The notes under the pieces are model-generated. The model searched no databases and had not been told where the DNA came from. It saw nothing but the letters and a program-made list of their open reading frames with translations. From the NCBI GenBank assembly GCA_965235115.1, contig OZ249436.1, forward strand, positions 43,650,001-43,714,000: DNA of 64,000 nt, read 5' to 3'. Positions 1 through 13,153 of this stretch are shown here, in pieces; the stretch's first letter is position 1; each line of letters starts with the position of its first letter. A program made the position numbers and the translations under genes. Source of the DNA: Laetmonice hystrix. Lineage: Eukaryota.

Positions 1-671
1 AACTTCCGTCACGTTTTAGAGACTAGGGGACATGAACTAATGGTACTAGGACCACATCTAGGACCACTCCTATGTAGGAGACTGCCAAACTATCTCCATA
101 TCTTGCGTAATACTATGCACTGCTAATATTCTATTATTTTTATCTCTTTGTTTAAGTGTTATACGTAGCCGGTAGGCCTATAATTATGTTAAAACTTGAC
201 ATTGGACATAAGAGCACTGCTTAAAAAGTGACACACGACACGGTTGAATCATTTTAAAAAGTGACATGCGACACGGAAAAATTTCTTATCATGTGACACT
301 GGGACACAGGCATAAAAAATAGGACCCATATATACCCCTAGGGTGGGCAGTTGACTGAGTCGAGTGTCTATCACAGAGGCAAGGTGGGCGGGAGGGCATA
401 GTACCGAGGGGCAGACATGACCGGGCGGACATGGCGACGGGCGGACATGTTGTGTATTTAACCATAATAATAAGGGAACAAACAGATCAAATCCGGCCTG
501 TACAACTGCAGCCAGTGTGGAAGACAGACCACTTATCACCGAACATGTTGACGGCATTACCAGTCCAATTCTTACCAGCCAGGAGAGAGACATAGTCAGC
601 AGCTGGGCTGGATTTTATAAAATTGGAATCGTAGAGTTAGAGCAATTCTCAATACGAGGCACTGGGCATAC

Positions 672-1260
672 AACTGACTGACAGGTGCCATCATCAGTGC
701 TGTCACAGTCACAGGTACAGGGCTGACTGACAGGTGCCATCATCAGTGCTGTCACAGTCAGGTACAGGGCTGACTGACAGGTGCCATCATCAGTGCTGTC
801 ACAGTCATAGGTACAGGGCTGACTGACAGGTGCCATCATCAGTGCTGTCACAGTCACAGGTACAGGGCTGACTGACAGGTGCCATCATCAGTGCTGTCAC
901 AGGTACAGGGCTGACTGACAGGTGCCATCATCAGTGCTGTCATAGGTACAGGGCTGACTGACAGGTGCCATCATCAGTGCTGTCACAGTCAGGTACAGGG
1001 CTGACTGACAGGTGCCATCATCAGTGCTGTCATGCAGTCACAGGTACAGGGCTGACTGACAGGTGCCATCATCAGTGCTGTCACACTGAGACAGTCATAG
1101 GTACAGGGCTGACTGACAGGTGCCATCATCAGTGCTGTCACACTGTGACAGGTACAGGGGTGACTGACAGGTGCCATCATCAGTGCTGTCACACTGTGAC
1201 AGGTACAGGGCTGACTGACAGGTGCCATCATCAGTGCTGTCACACTGTGACAGGTACAGG
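672..1260. repeat. Minisatellite, ~43-57 bp unit (aggtacagggctgactgacaggtgccatcatcagtgctgtca...), ~12 copies
   Basis: Direct tandem repeats. Confidence 0.9.
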
Positions 1261-1304
1261 GGGTGAATTTCGATCAGAGTTTATGCCTTCCAAACAGCCA
1301 GGTT

Positions 1305-1480
1305 TATAACAAGGCGGTCAGATTTACTGGTGGAGGAAACTGGAAGATCCCGGGCAAAACCACTGACCTTACAGCAGGTAACTGTCAAAACTTCTGACCT
1401 AGGGCTCGAAGAGAACTGAAACCCTGAGGTGAAAAGGTCTCGGCTGACAGCACTGAGCCATTGAAGTCCTCTAGACAACA
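1305..1480 (-). mobile_element. Degenerate SINE fragment (V-domain-like)
   Basis: ggcggtcagatttactggtggaggaaactgga..cccgggcaaaaccactgacc resembles, from recall, the reverse complement of the conserved GTTTTCTCCGGGTACTCCGGTTTCCTCC SINE domain of marine invertebrates. Confidence 0.5.
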
Positions 1481-2490
1481 GTGGTGGCAAGCATGGTCTG
1501 ACGGACCCTCACTCTAAGGCTGACCTAGTATGCAGTTGTAAATACTAACATTATGACAGTATAATTGCATCCATAACAACCGGGTCTACATTCAATCATC
1601 CCATATTCTGTCATAAATTTTCAATATGTAAATGAAGACATTGAAAGCTTCCTGTACCATGTAGTGGTGGAGGGCTGTCTAGATATTATCCATTATTAAT
1701 TTACCCGGAAGGTGTCCTGCTATCTGAAGTAGAAATATTTGATGATTTTTTGGTGAGTGTACAGCCTGGACCACGGTAAGTTATTTCATGTGGTTGTATC
1801 ATTGTGAGTCAGCTCGTGATCATACATGTATGGCACAGTTAGAAATGACAGTGGTGAAGTACTCCATGTCTCTCCCTCATCATGTATGCAAGGAAAGGAG
1901 TAACTTTGGTATTCATAAGGTCAGTTAGACAAGCAGGAGGCAGTGAGGGGCATTCTTGTCAGGACAACACGACCGTCTCATCCTACCGGCTGGCTTTCTG
2001 ACTCCACAACTTTAGCTCAGGTTGACTCTACATTTAAAAATGGGAAAGATACACTTGGGCCAAAGGATGCCTGTAAGTAGATCACAGAAGATTTATGTAC
2101 ACCGGTGGCCAGTTGTTCTCAACATGCTGGAGGTTGTAGAAGGGCTGGTCACAAGACTAAGAATTGTAGAGAAGGCTCGTTTCACTAAGACTGTACGAGC
2201 TCGTATATGGCATAAATAGCTCGTAAACAAGAAAAAACTGAATACATTTTGCTATTATGACCTACAGAAAATACGAGCTCGTAAGTGTGTTTAGTGAAAC
2301 GGTCCCCTGGTAGATATCAAATCTAAGAGAACAGACCTGTTTAACAGTGAGTGTTTCACTGGCCGAAGCACTGCCCCTGCCCAGAGCACGCTGACAGGCC
2401 TTTCCACCCTTCTCCACCTGTAGGTAGCTATCACCAGTAGACAACTCGTGTCATGTACTTGTTTAAGCCTGACTCTTATTTCAGCCAAGG

Positions 2491-5400
2491 ATGGAGCGTT
2501 TAGAGAAGTACGAAGGAGGCGACCCCCAGCGAACGATGCGTTTCTTCACCTGGTGGGTCCTGTTCTCGCAGATGCTCGGCCTCCTGGCCGTGATCCTCGT
2601 GGCCGTTTGGATGGGTGTTTACCGTGGAGGCTTCGCTTGGACGGACAATCCTGGCAAGGAATTTAACTACCACCCTCTCTTCATGACCATTGGCCTTATA
2701 TTCCTTTATGGCGATGGTAAGTCAAAACAACGTATTCAAATTATGCACATTTCAGCATAGCTGGCAGGAAGAGCTGCCAGGTTGATCTATCATTTGCCTG
2801 TCAAGTTTTTTCTAGGCAGAATGGACAAAAAGTTAGAATTAAGTGCCTCAAGTATATTGTAGTAGATGGGCATGACAGCATCATAAAGACATCAGTAAAA
2901 CACATCAAAGGTGCCGTTCTCTGAAATTAAAAAAACCTGTAGTGGGCTGGCTCCAAGAAATGTTGGCCAATTTTGAGCCCAGGTGTGATACTAGAATAGC
3001 TATAAATGTGCCCTGTAATATCTTGTAGAGGAGATAATTAATTTATTTCCTCATTGATTGCCCCCTGGGCGTCTGCATCAGGAATATCCGTCAACACCAT
3101 ATTGGTGTAATAGGACGGGATTGGCAGATGTCATTTGCGGAGAATAAAAAAACCCTTAGAAGTAGATCTTTCTTAGTGCAACCTTATTGACCATCATCAC
3201 AGAATATCAGTAAATCAGAGTTTTTAGTTACTCTGTCTATTTATGATTGAGTTGTCTGATTAGGACAGAGTACCGGTGTTTACTGGTAGGTCTGTTCAGT
3301 AACATTGTGTAAACGTCCATAGACTATATGTACCAATGGTAAATGGGAGTGACCAACATTAATATTGCAGTGAGAAAGCATAGCAATACATGTACATATA
3401 TTAGCATTTCAATGTGATTTTCTCATTTTATAGCAATATCAGAGACTGATATTCATGGTCAAGTTGGGGATCAATTTATAATTTCAATATTCCTCTAGGG
3501 CTACAGGAGACCAAGGCCCCCTTCTCCTTAATGTCAACAGCTTCCAGTCATTGGCCGCCTGCGGTAGTTGTTGCCATGGAAACGTTCACTTGGCCTGGCA
3601 GGAGTACAGACGTTATTGTGCTGAGGTGGTGGTGCCTGACTCAGTCATGAATGGCCAGCCCCTCATCAATCAGGGGCTGGTTGACGCTATCTCATAAATG
3701 AGCTGGGTGACGCTATCTTATAAATGAGCTGGGTGGCTCTATTTTATAGAGGAGCTGGGTGGCGCCATCTTATAGAGGAGCTGGGTGACGCTATCTTATA
3801 AATGAGCTGGGTGGCGCTATTTTATAGAGGAGCTGGGTGGCGCCATCTTATAGAGGAGCTGGGTGGCGCTATCTTATAAATGAGCTGGGTGGCGCTATCT
3901 TATAGAGGAGCTGGGTGGCGCTATCTTATAGAGGAGCTGGGTGACGCTATCTTATAGAGGATCTGGGTGGCGCTATCTTATAGAGGAGCTGGGTGGCGCT
4001 ATCTTGTAGAGGAGCTGGGTGGCGCTATCTTATAGAGGAGCTGGGTGGCGCCATCTTGTAGAGGAGCTGGGTGGCGCTATCTTGTAGAGGAGGTGGGTGG
4101 CGCTATCTTATAGAGGAGCTGGGTGGCGCCATCTTATAGAGGAGCTGGGTGGCGCTATCTTATAAATGAGCTGGGTGGCGCTATCTTATAGAGGAGCTGG
4201 GTGACGCTATCTTATAGAGGAGCTGGGTGGCGCTATCTTATAGAGGAGCTGGGTGGCGCCATCTTATAGAGGAGCTGGGTGGCGCCATCTTATAGAGGAG
4301 CTGGGTGGCGCCATCTTATAGAGGAGCTGGGTGGTGCTATCTTGTAGAGGAGCTGGGTGGCTGTAATTATTCCATTTCCCCTACATGTGAAATGAAATAA
4401 ATGTAAAAGATGCTGAAAGTAGAAGTAAAAGTTGCACATTAATCAAAATAACCCTTGCAATTGATTTAAGGGATAGCATTATGTTACATTGTGGAGATTT
4501 ATTCCTGGGGTCATCCCAACCATCCTCACAGAAATTGAATAAAGGTCCTACTCCTGGTCGATAGCGACAATCGGGGCGTACAATCGTACAATTCGATCAA
4601 CAGTGTGCGACCAAGTGGTCGAGGCAAAATGTATTAATAGTGGGTATATATTGAGCTTTGGATTTGGTTTCATAAGAGTAGCTCCAACAAATCTGGATTT
4701 ATTTTGATAGCACAATCTGGATGAATGTTTAGGAAACCATGCAGATGGCTTTATCTCATCAATATCTTTTATTTTTGTCCCAGCTGTCCTTCATGGCTGA
4801 GACATGTTGACATTTCCTTTAACTCTGATGTTTGATAGGATGTGGCTAGTCAGTTTGTCAGGATGCTACTGCATAATGAAGCCGTTAACGGAAAGGAATG
4901 ACTTTTTAAAGTCTCAAAGGTAACTGTAAACAGGTGACGTCACAAGGGGCGGTCGCAGTTACACCCGTACTCTATATTCACAGGTCATGTGGTCGCAGTT
5001 ACTCTATATTCACAGGTCATGTGGTCGCAGTTGCTCTATATTCACAGGTCATGTGGCCGCAGAACTCTATATTCACAGGTCATGTGGTCGCAGTTACGGT
5101 ACTCTATATTCACAGGTCATGCGGTCGCAGTTACTCTATATTCACAGGTCATGTGGCCGCAGTTACTCTATATTCACAGGTCATGTGGTCGCAGTTACTC
5201 TATATTCACAGGTCATGTGGTCGCAGTTACTCTATATTCACAGGTCATGTGGTCGCAGTTACTCTATATTCACAGGTCATGTGGTCGCAGTTACTCTATA
5301 TTCACAGGTCATGTGGTCGCAGTTACTCTATATTCACAGGTCACGTGGTCGCAGTTACTCTATATTCACAGGTCACGTGGTCGCAGTTACTCTATATTCA

Positions 5401-7030
5401 CAGGTCATGTGGTCGCAGTTACTCTATATATTCACAGGTATATTCACAGGTCATGTGGTCGCAGTTACTCTATATTCACAGGTCATGTGGTCGCAGTTGC
5501 TCTACATTCACAGGTCATGTGGTCGCAGTTACTCTATATTCACAGGTCATGCGGTCGCAGTTACTCTCTATTCACAGGTCATATGGCCACAAGTGTTGTT
5601 TTTTTTTGGTAAAATCTGCAGTTGGTGGGGGGTTATCTTCTTACTGGCCTTCCTGGGTGTCGGGTCCAAAAGGCTCCAAAAACATTTAAACGCAATGGGC
5701 CACCATGGCCTTGACAATGTTGAAATCCACATTGTAGACTTCATTTATACCTACCCACATGGAGACAATCTATCTCGCATCCAAGGCAGACAGTCGCATC
5801 ACTAGCCACGTCAACAACATTACCCTGGTAGTTGTAAGTTTGACCATTGGCCTCTAATGTTGCAGCTATCCTGGTCTACCGAGTTTTCCGTAATGATCGT
5901 AAGGTGTACGTCAAGGTGCTTCATGCTGTCCTCCATATGTTCGCGCTCATCTTCGTGGTGGTCGGGCTGAAGGCAGTGTTTGATTCGCATAACTTGGTGC
6001 CACAACCCATGCCCAACATGTACAGTCTACACTCATGGCTGGGCCTCACTGCAGTCCTGCTCTTCTCTCTTCAAGTAGGTCATTTTTGTTCAGGACAAAT
6101 AGTTTTTGCAATATAGTTTTTCAGGGATAAGATTCTTCTGCCGATCGGTGGATTTCTGCCTTTTTCTCAACCAAATTTAAGTGAAAAGTTTTCCCTCGAT
6201 TTTCATTGCTGGCCTGTCTTATTCCTGATTTTTTTTCTCTCCTTTAAATCTTTTTTAACAAGGACAAAATAAACTTTATTTCTGTTCTTTGAGGGGCTAC
6301 GTAAATTGATCTTCCACATTTGTTGCAGTGGGTGTTTGGCTTCATTAGCTTTCTCTACCCTGGTGTACGGATGGACCTCCGCGGAGCTTACAAACCGGTC
6401 CATGTCTTCTGGGGGCTTGTCATCTTCATTGCTGCAATCGCTAGTGCTCTCATGGGCATCACTGAAAAAACTATATTCTCTGTGTAAGTGATTATAATTT
6501 TATCAGACATGGTGTTTAATGATACCACAAATGGAATCTTTGTGTCTAGCCCGTAGATTTTTATTAGAAGCCAGAGTGCTTTTGCACACCAAAAAGTCAG
6601 TGTTCTCGTACATGAAATTCATGCTATTCGACAAAATTCCGACTTGAATGTCATCATGATTTTATCGTTCTTGAGATCAGTCCAAATGAGCCCTGTTTTC
6701 ACAGCATTTCACAAGATCTGTTTCCAACATGTAAACAATTTTCTGTTCTCATGTCTGACGGAATGACAAGCATCCAGATTTGTATACATGCCATCAACAT
6801 TCAGAGCTATGACCTTTACGAATTTGACATACTTCCGGAAAGTAAGTTTCATAGTGTTCTCGACATGTTTTTACAGCCCAGGCAGTGGCCTGACACCTGA
6901 ACGTCTCCTCATCAACTCCCTCGGCCTGATCATGGTGGCTCTCGGTATTGTTGTAACGTACATCGTCACCAAGCCTGACTACGCTCGCCAGCCGACACCG
7001 GACGAGGAGCACATCCAACTGACCCAGTGA
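2491..7030 (+). CDS. CYB561: Cytochrome b561 family transmembrane ascorbate-dependent reductase (CYB561/CYBRD1/CYB561A3-like), 247 aa; exons 2491-2716, 5866-6074, 6329-6483, 6877-7030
   Basis: GT-AG exons chain in phase (226+209+155+154=744 nt, TGA at 7028-7030). Family motifs [40 protein letters not shown] and GITEK are present, including the four heme-ligand His; hydrophobic TM segments. The specific vertebrate paralogue cannot be resolved. Confidence 0.92.
3675..4362. repeat. Minisatellite, 26-bp unit, ~26 copies
   Basis: gagctgggtggcgctatcttatagag repeated. Confidence 0.95.
4968..5590. repeat. Minisatellite, 32-bp unit, ~19 copies
   Basis: tactctatattcacaggtcatgtggtcgcagt repeated. Confidence 0.95.
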
Positions 7031-8245
7031 GGCGTGGTGGCAACAAAAAGCGCCATCTACAGGACAGGGCGAACAGACTCCGTCACCGCTGCAGATGATC
7101 AAGTTAAAAAATGCTGAAACAATGAGGAAGGTTGAAAATGGAGGAGAATCTCGGAGTTATACGAAGGAAGGAGGTTTAATAATGGTCTTGGAGGATGAAG
7201 GCTCTATATGTGGCTACATAATTATTGTTTTGTGTTATGTATTCATTGATATATTGACATTTCCAACCTATGAGGACGGAGATACGTGCAGTGTGTATCC
7301 GTTTTCCGTGGAGTTTATGTAGGTTTGTGATAAAATAGACGTCTAGAGTCAAAGTATGATCAAAGGTATACATTGCTAATTTTGGTAAAGGATTCTAAGG
7401 AAAGAAAGTTTTCAAATGGAGTTGTTTGTAGGTGCTATAAGAATATCGTCACGAAGAACTTTAATGCACGAATGAACTGTTTGTACATTTTGTACAAAAG
7501 GTCAATTAGATTTTCTTCTCTATAGAACAAGGAAGGTTAAATATACACTAAAGAATATGATGTTAACTTTCCTTCTTTTGTAAATAGAGCACCACAGACA
7601 TTGGAGCAACCAAAAAACTAAACAGAAACGCAGACAAAGTTTTTATATCGGGTTAAAATGGTAGTTAATCAGATAATGTACATGTACTCTATTCAGAATT
7701 TTAAAAAAATATCATGCAAGATAGTGGTCATTGGTGTTCTCTGAGTCCACTAAGGTGAAACATAATTATTGGATTTCCATCAAGTACTGAGATCAACTTT
7801 AAGGTTTTAGATTCTAACCAAACATTTTGCACTGTGTACTTGTGCCCTTTACTGGTGGAGTACGCACTGGTACCGGTATATCCAGTAAGTGTGTATTTGT
7901 GGTTCAGGAAACGAAAAGTGTACTTTGACATCTCTGCCCTTTACTGGTGGAGTAGGCACTGGTACCGGTATATCCAGTAAGTCGAAATTTGAATTTTACC
8001 AAAACGGTTTGAAATGATTCAGGGTCTACATTTGATGGTATAACTACCGTACAGAGGGTTGTCCACTTTAATAAACTACCATTATAAAGGCAGAAGGATA
8101 GGGACACGCTTAGGGATACTTGCTTATCGGAACAGTCTCTAGTCTAAGCCTACACTTGGAATAAAGGGCAAGTGTGTTCATCAGTGTTGATATCGTCAGC
8201 TAGGGCTACCGGAATGTTAGTTCTACCCTAACAAATAGAACATGG

Positions 8246-8597
8246 CAGGGATATTTTTATCGGGGGTGGGGGCAGGGGGGCATTGCTCCCCCCCCCCTTG
8301 AATTTCGACAACCTCAAAAGGTCCAGAATTTGGAAGGAAAGAAGGGTCCACAATTTTGGATGCTTTGAGAAATATCATGGACCTCTGAGCCATGCGACAG
8401 AGAGAAAGGTCCATAACTTTGGATCTTTTGTAAAATATCTGGACCTCTGGCCCAGTGGCCTAGAAAAATTCCACAATTTTGGATCTTTTGTGAAGTATCT
8501 GGAGGTTTAAACCACCCCCCTTAAAAAAAGGTCCAAGTTTTTTTTATAGAAAAGGTCCAAAATGTCCCCCCTTGGAGATTTGATAAAAATATCCCTG
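8246..8597. mobile_element. CAG..CTG MITE with 5-bp TSD CATGG
   Basis: catgg|cagggatatttttatc ... gataaaaatatccctg|catgg. Confidence 0.75.
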
Positions 8598-9074
8598 CAT
8601 GGGCATTTCAGTCATTCAGTGCCTCCTTAAAGAAATTGGTTAGGGTTACCAAAATCGGTTTAGAATCAAGGTTATCAGTTTCAAAATGTTCATTCCTTGT
8701 CTGAAGGCCAGGGGATACCGCAATTTTAAGCCTGTTTATGTGCTCATTTTCACTTTCATTTGTACAAACCAGACAATGTGATTTATGAAACTGAATCCGT
8801 TTTCATCTAGCGTCAAGTAATGTCAAGATTTGAGCTCATTTCACTGATTTGTAATGTTCTTGGTATGGTAGGTTTGTTGATTTATTCTCGAGCCACCAAC
8901 CATAGAAAGGTCATTGTGTAGTGTGATAAACTACTATGGCAGGAGTGTCAGTGATTTGTGGTCTTATTTGCTTATTATTTGGTAGCATTTTGTGAAGGCG
9001 TAGGGCCTAAGGTTGTAAACAGTTAAATAATTTTATAAACATGTGTACAATTATTGTTATGTACCAGTATTTTC

Positions 9075-9342
9075 TGGTAAGTTACTGGTATACACCAGTA
9101 AGTTACCAGTATACACCGGTAAGTTACCAGTATACACCGGTAAGTTACCGGTATACACCGGTAAGTTACCGGTATACACCGGTAAGTTACCGGTATACAC
9201 CGGTAAGTTACCAGTATACACCGGTAAGTTACCAGTATACACCGGTAAGTTACCAGTATACACCGGTAAGTTACCAGTATACACCGGTAAGTTACCGGTA
9301 TACACCGGTAAGTTACCAGTATACACCGGTAAGTTACCAGTA
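9075..9342. repeat. Minisatellite, 21-bp quasi-palindromic unit, ~12 copies
   Basis: tatacaccggtaagttacc(a/g)g repeated. Confidence 0.95.
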
Positions 9343-9919
9343 TTTGAGCAGTCTCTTGGACTTGCATCTGATGACAGATTTTTCTCCTCAGTAAAAGTAA
9401 ATGTCGTCTAACTCGTGATAACGTGCTTCAAAATCAATGTTCTGTATATTTTGCGTTAAGCGTATATTCAGATATGAGTAGTATATTCAGACATGAGTAT
9501 GTCAGTGGATAGTTAATATATCAAATATATATATATTTCTCATTGTTTGTTGGAGCCTGATTATTGTATGTATACGGGTCAGAGATTTGTTGACATGGGA
9601 TGTACCTGGAATGGTTTACAGAGGTTTGTGAGCGAAGGGCGGCGGCAGCTGTAGTAGACCACCCAGAAAACGTAACTTTTATCTTGCAGTTATAGACAAA
9701 TCATGAATACCTAACAAACGAGCCCAAATTAGCTTCTATAGCTATAATAAATTTAAAGTTTTTCAAATTTCAAGTTCAAATTATTGTAGGGTCGCTGCTG
9801 CTCTATGCCTGCCCTGAGTGTATGTGAAACTGTAGGTATATCTACAGGTACTACCCGTTGGGACTCGGGAGAGGACAAGTCCCAACCAACTAACTACCAG
9901 GATAAATACACATATATAG

Positions 9920-10124
9920 ACTGAACGGCAATGAAAACGCATAGGCTGAAAATATAGCTCAAATATTTATGTGAAAGGAATTAAGTCACATTTGATGTTT
10001 GACAAGAACCGAGACGTACGAGAGAGGTAACTTAACAGAATAGACTACTCAGAAAACAACATTCCTGTCTCAAACAAACGCTTGAGTCTACATTTGGACC
10101 TATGCGTTTTCATTGCCGTTCAGT
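9920..10124. mobile_element. Tc1/mariner-like MITE
   Basis: Perfect 26-bp TIR actgaacggcaatgaaaacgcatagg / cctatgcgttttcattgccgttcagt in a TA-rich context. Confidence 0.65.
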
Positions 10125-10483
10125 ATTTTGTTGCCCTACGTTTAAAAGAACACAATTCATTTTCTAACAAGACTCAAATTGGGCTCGAAAAGTTATAGAG
10201 CGAGTATCACCGAGGAGCTCTCATTTCATGGGCTGTTAGGTTAGATGATCTAACATCACAGGCAACTGGAATGTTGAATTTCATTAGATTTCTCCATTTC
10301 TGTACTAGGTAAAACAGTTATTGATTTATGTAGTCTAAGGCCAAACAAGTGTTTGGATAACGTAGATCAAAAATATGAACAAGAGAAAAGGAAAAGCCCC
10401 ATTAATATTATCATGACATAAAGTCTTTTCTTCAAGTCAGAATGTTTATTTTCACGGTAAATATCAGGAGTGAATTTTATTAA

Positions 10484-11009
10484 AGGGAGTCGTAAAATTC
10501 ATTTTTTCGATTTATGGCAGTCTTAGAAACATTATGATTCGCATACCTTGGACTCCCAGTAACATCATGTGAGACTGTTATGGCCCAGCGACCAGTATTT
10601 AGTAGGGAAAATATGCCAAATCTCTCGCAAATACGTAGCTCAGAATTACCGAGTGGCCCACAGGATATTTGAGCTGGCCGCGGTCGGGCGATGATGCCGC
10701 GTGATCACGTGACTTCCGGGTGTACATGCAGTATTTAGGTCAATGCTAGACTAGAGGGAGATTCCCTTCACCACCCGGAAGTCACGTGATCACGCGTCAT
10801 CATCGCCCGACCGCGGCCAACTCAAATATCCTGTGGGCCACTCGCTAATTCTGAGCTACGTATTTGCGAGAGATTTGGCATATTTTCCTTACTAAATACT
10901 GGTCGCTGGGCCATAACAGTCTCACATGATGTTACTGGGAGTCCAAGGTATGCGAATCATATGTTTCTAAGACTGCCATAAATCGAAAAAATGAATTTTA
11001 CGACTCCCT
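10484..11009. mobile_element. Kolobok/T2-type MITE, near-perfect ~239-bp inverted arms
   Basis: TTAA|AGGGAGTCG...CGACTCCCT|TTAA; arms 10484-10722 and 10772-11009 with a 49-bp spacer. Confidence 0.85.
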
Positions 11010-11049
11010 TTAAGAGTCATTTGTAGGTCATGACCGATGTCATACTTAT

Positions 11050-11354
11050 AGCAATTACCAAGTATCTCTTATTTCAATCGTTGACCTGGCATGGACTTAA
11101 ACAACCAACGAAATTCATCGGGCGATGAACCGGTGAATTTCATTGGCAGTTCAAGTCAATGCCAGATCAACAACCAGCCATGAGACGTTTGCTTCATAGC
11201 GACAACAGGCAACTGGAATGTTGAATTTCATTAGATTTCTCCATTTCTGTAGGTAAATATATTTATTGAGTTATGTAGTCTAAGACCTTATCTAACCTAA
11301 CAGCCCATGTCTGCATTTCGGAGTCATTGAAATGAGAGATACTCGGTGATTGCT
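11050..11354. mobile_element. MITE with ~29-bp imperfect TIR and TTAT/TTAA flanks (Kolobok-like), internal hairpin 11081-11170
   Basis: agcaattaccaagtatctcttatttcaat vs attgaaatgagagatactcggtgattgct; a rearranged partial relative lies at ~10200-10340. Confidence 0.55.
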
Positions 11355-11918
11355 TTAAGTAATATTTGATGTGAAGGACTGGCCCCAGTGTCGTTGATGT
11401 GAGCCATATTTCCAGTATTCTCCCCTCGATTGTACCCTGCTTGGGATGGTAGAGAATCCATTGACCTTCATGGAGGTCAGCCTGTCGGGGTACCGGTGTC
11501 GCACACCTCTGCAGGTCTCACATATCCGTGAGCATGGGTTGCTACCGTTTAGATGCTGCGTCTGATAAAGCGAGCAAGCATGTCGCAGTTTGACCGGTAG
11601 TCTACTAGCCGATTGGTGACGTTTACTTCCAAACAAGAATAAACAGTCTGAATAGTCAACGTTTGACTCGTAGAAATATGAGAGTTATGACGTGTGAGGC
11701 AACCGAGACCTGTTACACCCCGTTATAGAGCTAATCTCTCGGAGACATGAAACCGCAGAGATCTGAGACCATGACACCGGGACATCTTTTACCGGTACGC
11801 TATCTCTCGACGATCTCACTAATGTTAGACGTTGGACATGTATGCGCGACATTCCCATGTATAGTATGTGACAAATAAAGTATATTTATCTGCAATCTTG
11901 CGTTCAGACTGTGAATTA

Positions 11919-12186
11919 TGCCCGCCGCACACTATACGATTTTCCTATGAACCTTCGCATTCTGAGGCTTTCGATCCGCTTATGACTTGCTTATGACGCG
12001 CCTATGACTCGCCACGATCGGACGGGGTCGCACGGCCCCAAACAGCCGATTCGAATTTTGAATCAGCTCACAGTCACCCACAGTCGGATCTCAAAGTGTG
12101 CGGGGGGCTTATGATCGACTCGAGTTGTTTAGTGTGCGGGGGTGCGATTTGCCGCTGACAGAGAATCGTATAGTGTGCGGCGGGCT
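11919..12186. mobile_element. PIF/Harbinger-like MITE
   Basis: 22-bp TIR gcccgccgcacactatacgatt / aatcgtatagtgtgcggcgggc, TTA on both sides. Confidence 0.7.
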
Positions 12187-13153
12187 TTACATATAAACTA
12201 CACGTATATAGTCTTTGTTCTTGACCAAGCAATCAAAACTACCCCAACCTGTATAACCCCCCTCTACAAGGGCTATTGTTGGTTGTACCATCCGTACTGG
12301 ATTCAGTTATGCATGAGTACAGGAAGAACAAGATCTAGATCTTTGGGAAGTGGGCTAAAAAAATAGGGCAGAATTCATCCACATATTCATCGGTTCCAAA
12401 TGGTTCCGAGGCAGAGGACTGAGAGCTGTTTCTGTTACCTGTCCTTATTAAGCAGTGCGACAAACAGTACATTTATCAATATTTTTGGTATTTGTTACGA
12501 CCAAACCATCCCCAGAGATGAGCCGCTAGGTTTTTCTTATGAAACTTTATTTCACAGTCTAACCTCCAAACTACACATAAGGTATCGCAAAAATTTAAGC
12601 ATTGACTTAAGCAATAAACCTCCAATTATTCGTTTCCCAAATACACATGTACCAGTATCCCTGTACCCTGTTACATAATCATATTATGGGAGAACTTTTC
12701 TCTAACAGAACCTGATGTCTCTTTGAAGAATTTGCAAGCATGAACAATTTTAGGATTGCAAAATGTTTCATACAGTCCGGTCTATGGTCATAGCATTGCA
12801 GAAACTTTGTATACTAACGGTACTCTGCTTTTTAACATTACCCGCGCATCTCGTCCTGGTTCAATGTGTGTATCCCGGTACTATAAACCCACCTCAGACT
12901 TCACCTGGCCGTCTGTACAGGACCATGTTCAGCCTGGACCTGGATCCAAGCAAACCTTAGCAGTGAAAACTACCAGTACTCAACATTTCAGGTATGGACA
13001 AACACTAGCTTTATCAGGTTCTCCGATTACCTGCCTGAGAGGCATAGTTACACACTCCCTTACAAAGCTTCCGTACAGGTATTCTAGGTTTTCAGACACC
13101 TCAAGGCAGCATTTTCTCATTCTGATGCTGGCAGAAGTTAATGATAAGTTATC

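Noticed and set aside
6805..6841. Possible extra cytochrome b561 micro-exon (cag|...AAA|gtaagt)
   Set aside because: Its 37-nt length breaks the phase and leaves a 35-nt intron; the exons chain correctly without it.
615..9411. Long ORFs at 615-1309, 4934-5805 and 9023-9411 (also 17348-18097, 32026-32365, 42451-43158, 51424-51931, 61587-62081, 63544-63866)
   Set aside because: Translations of minisatellites open in several frames; no evidence of coding function.
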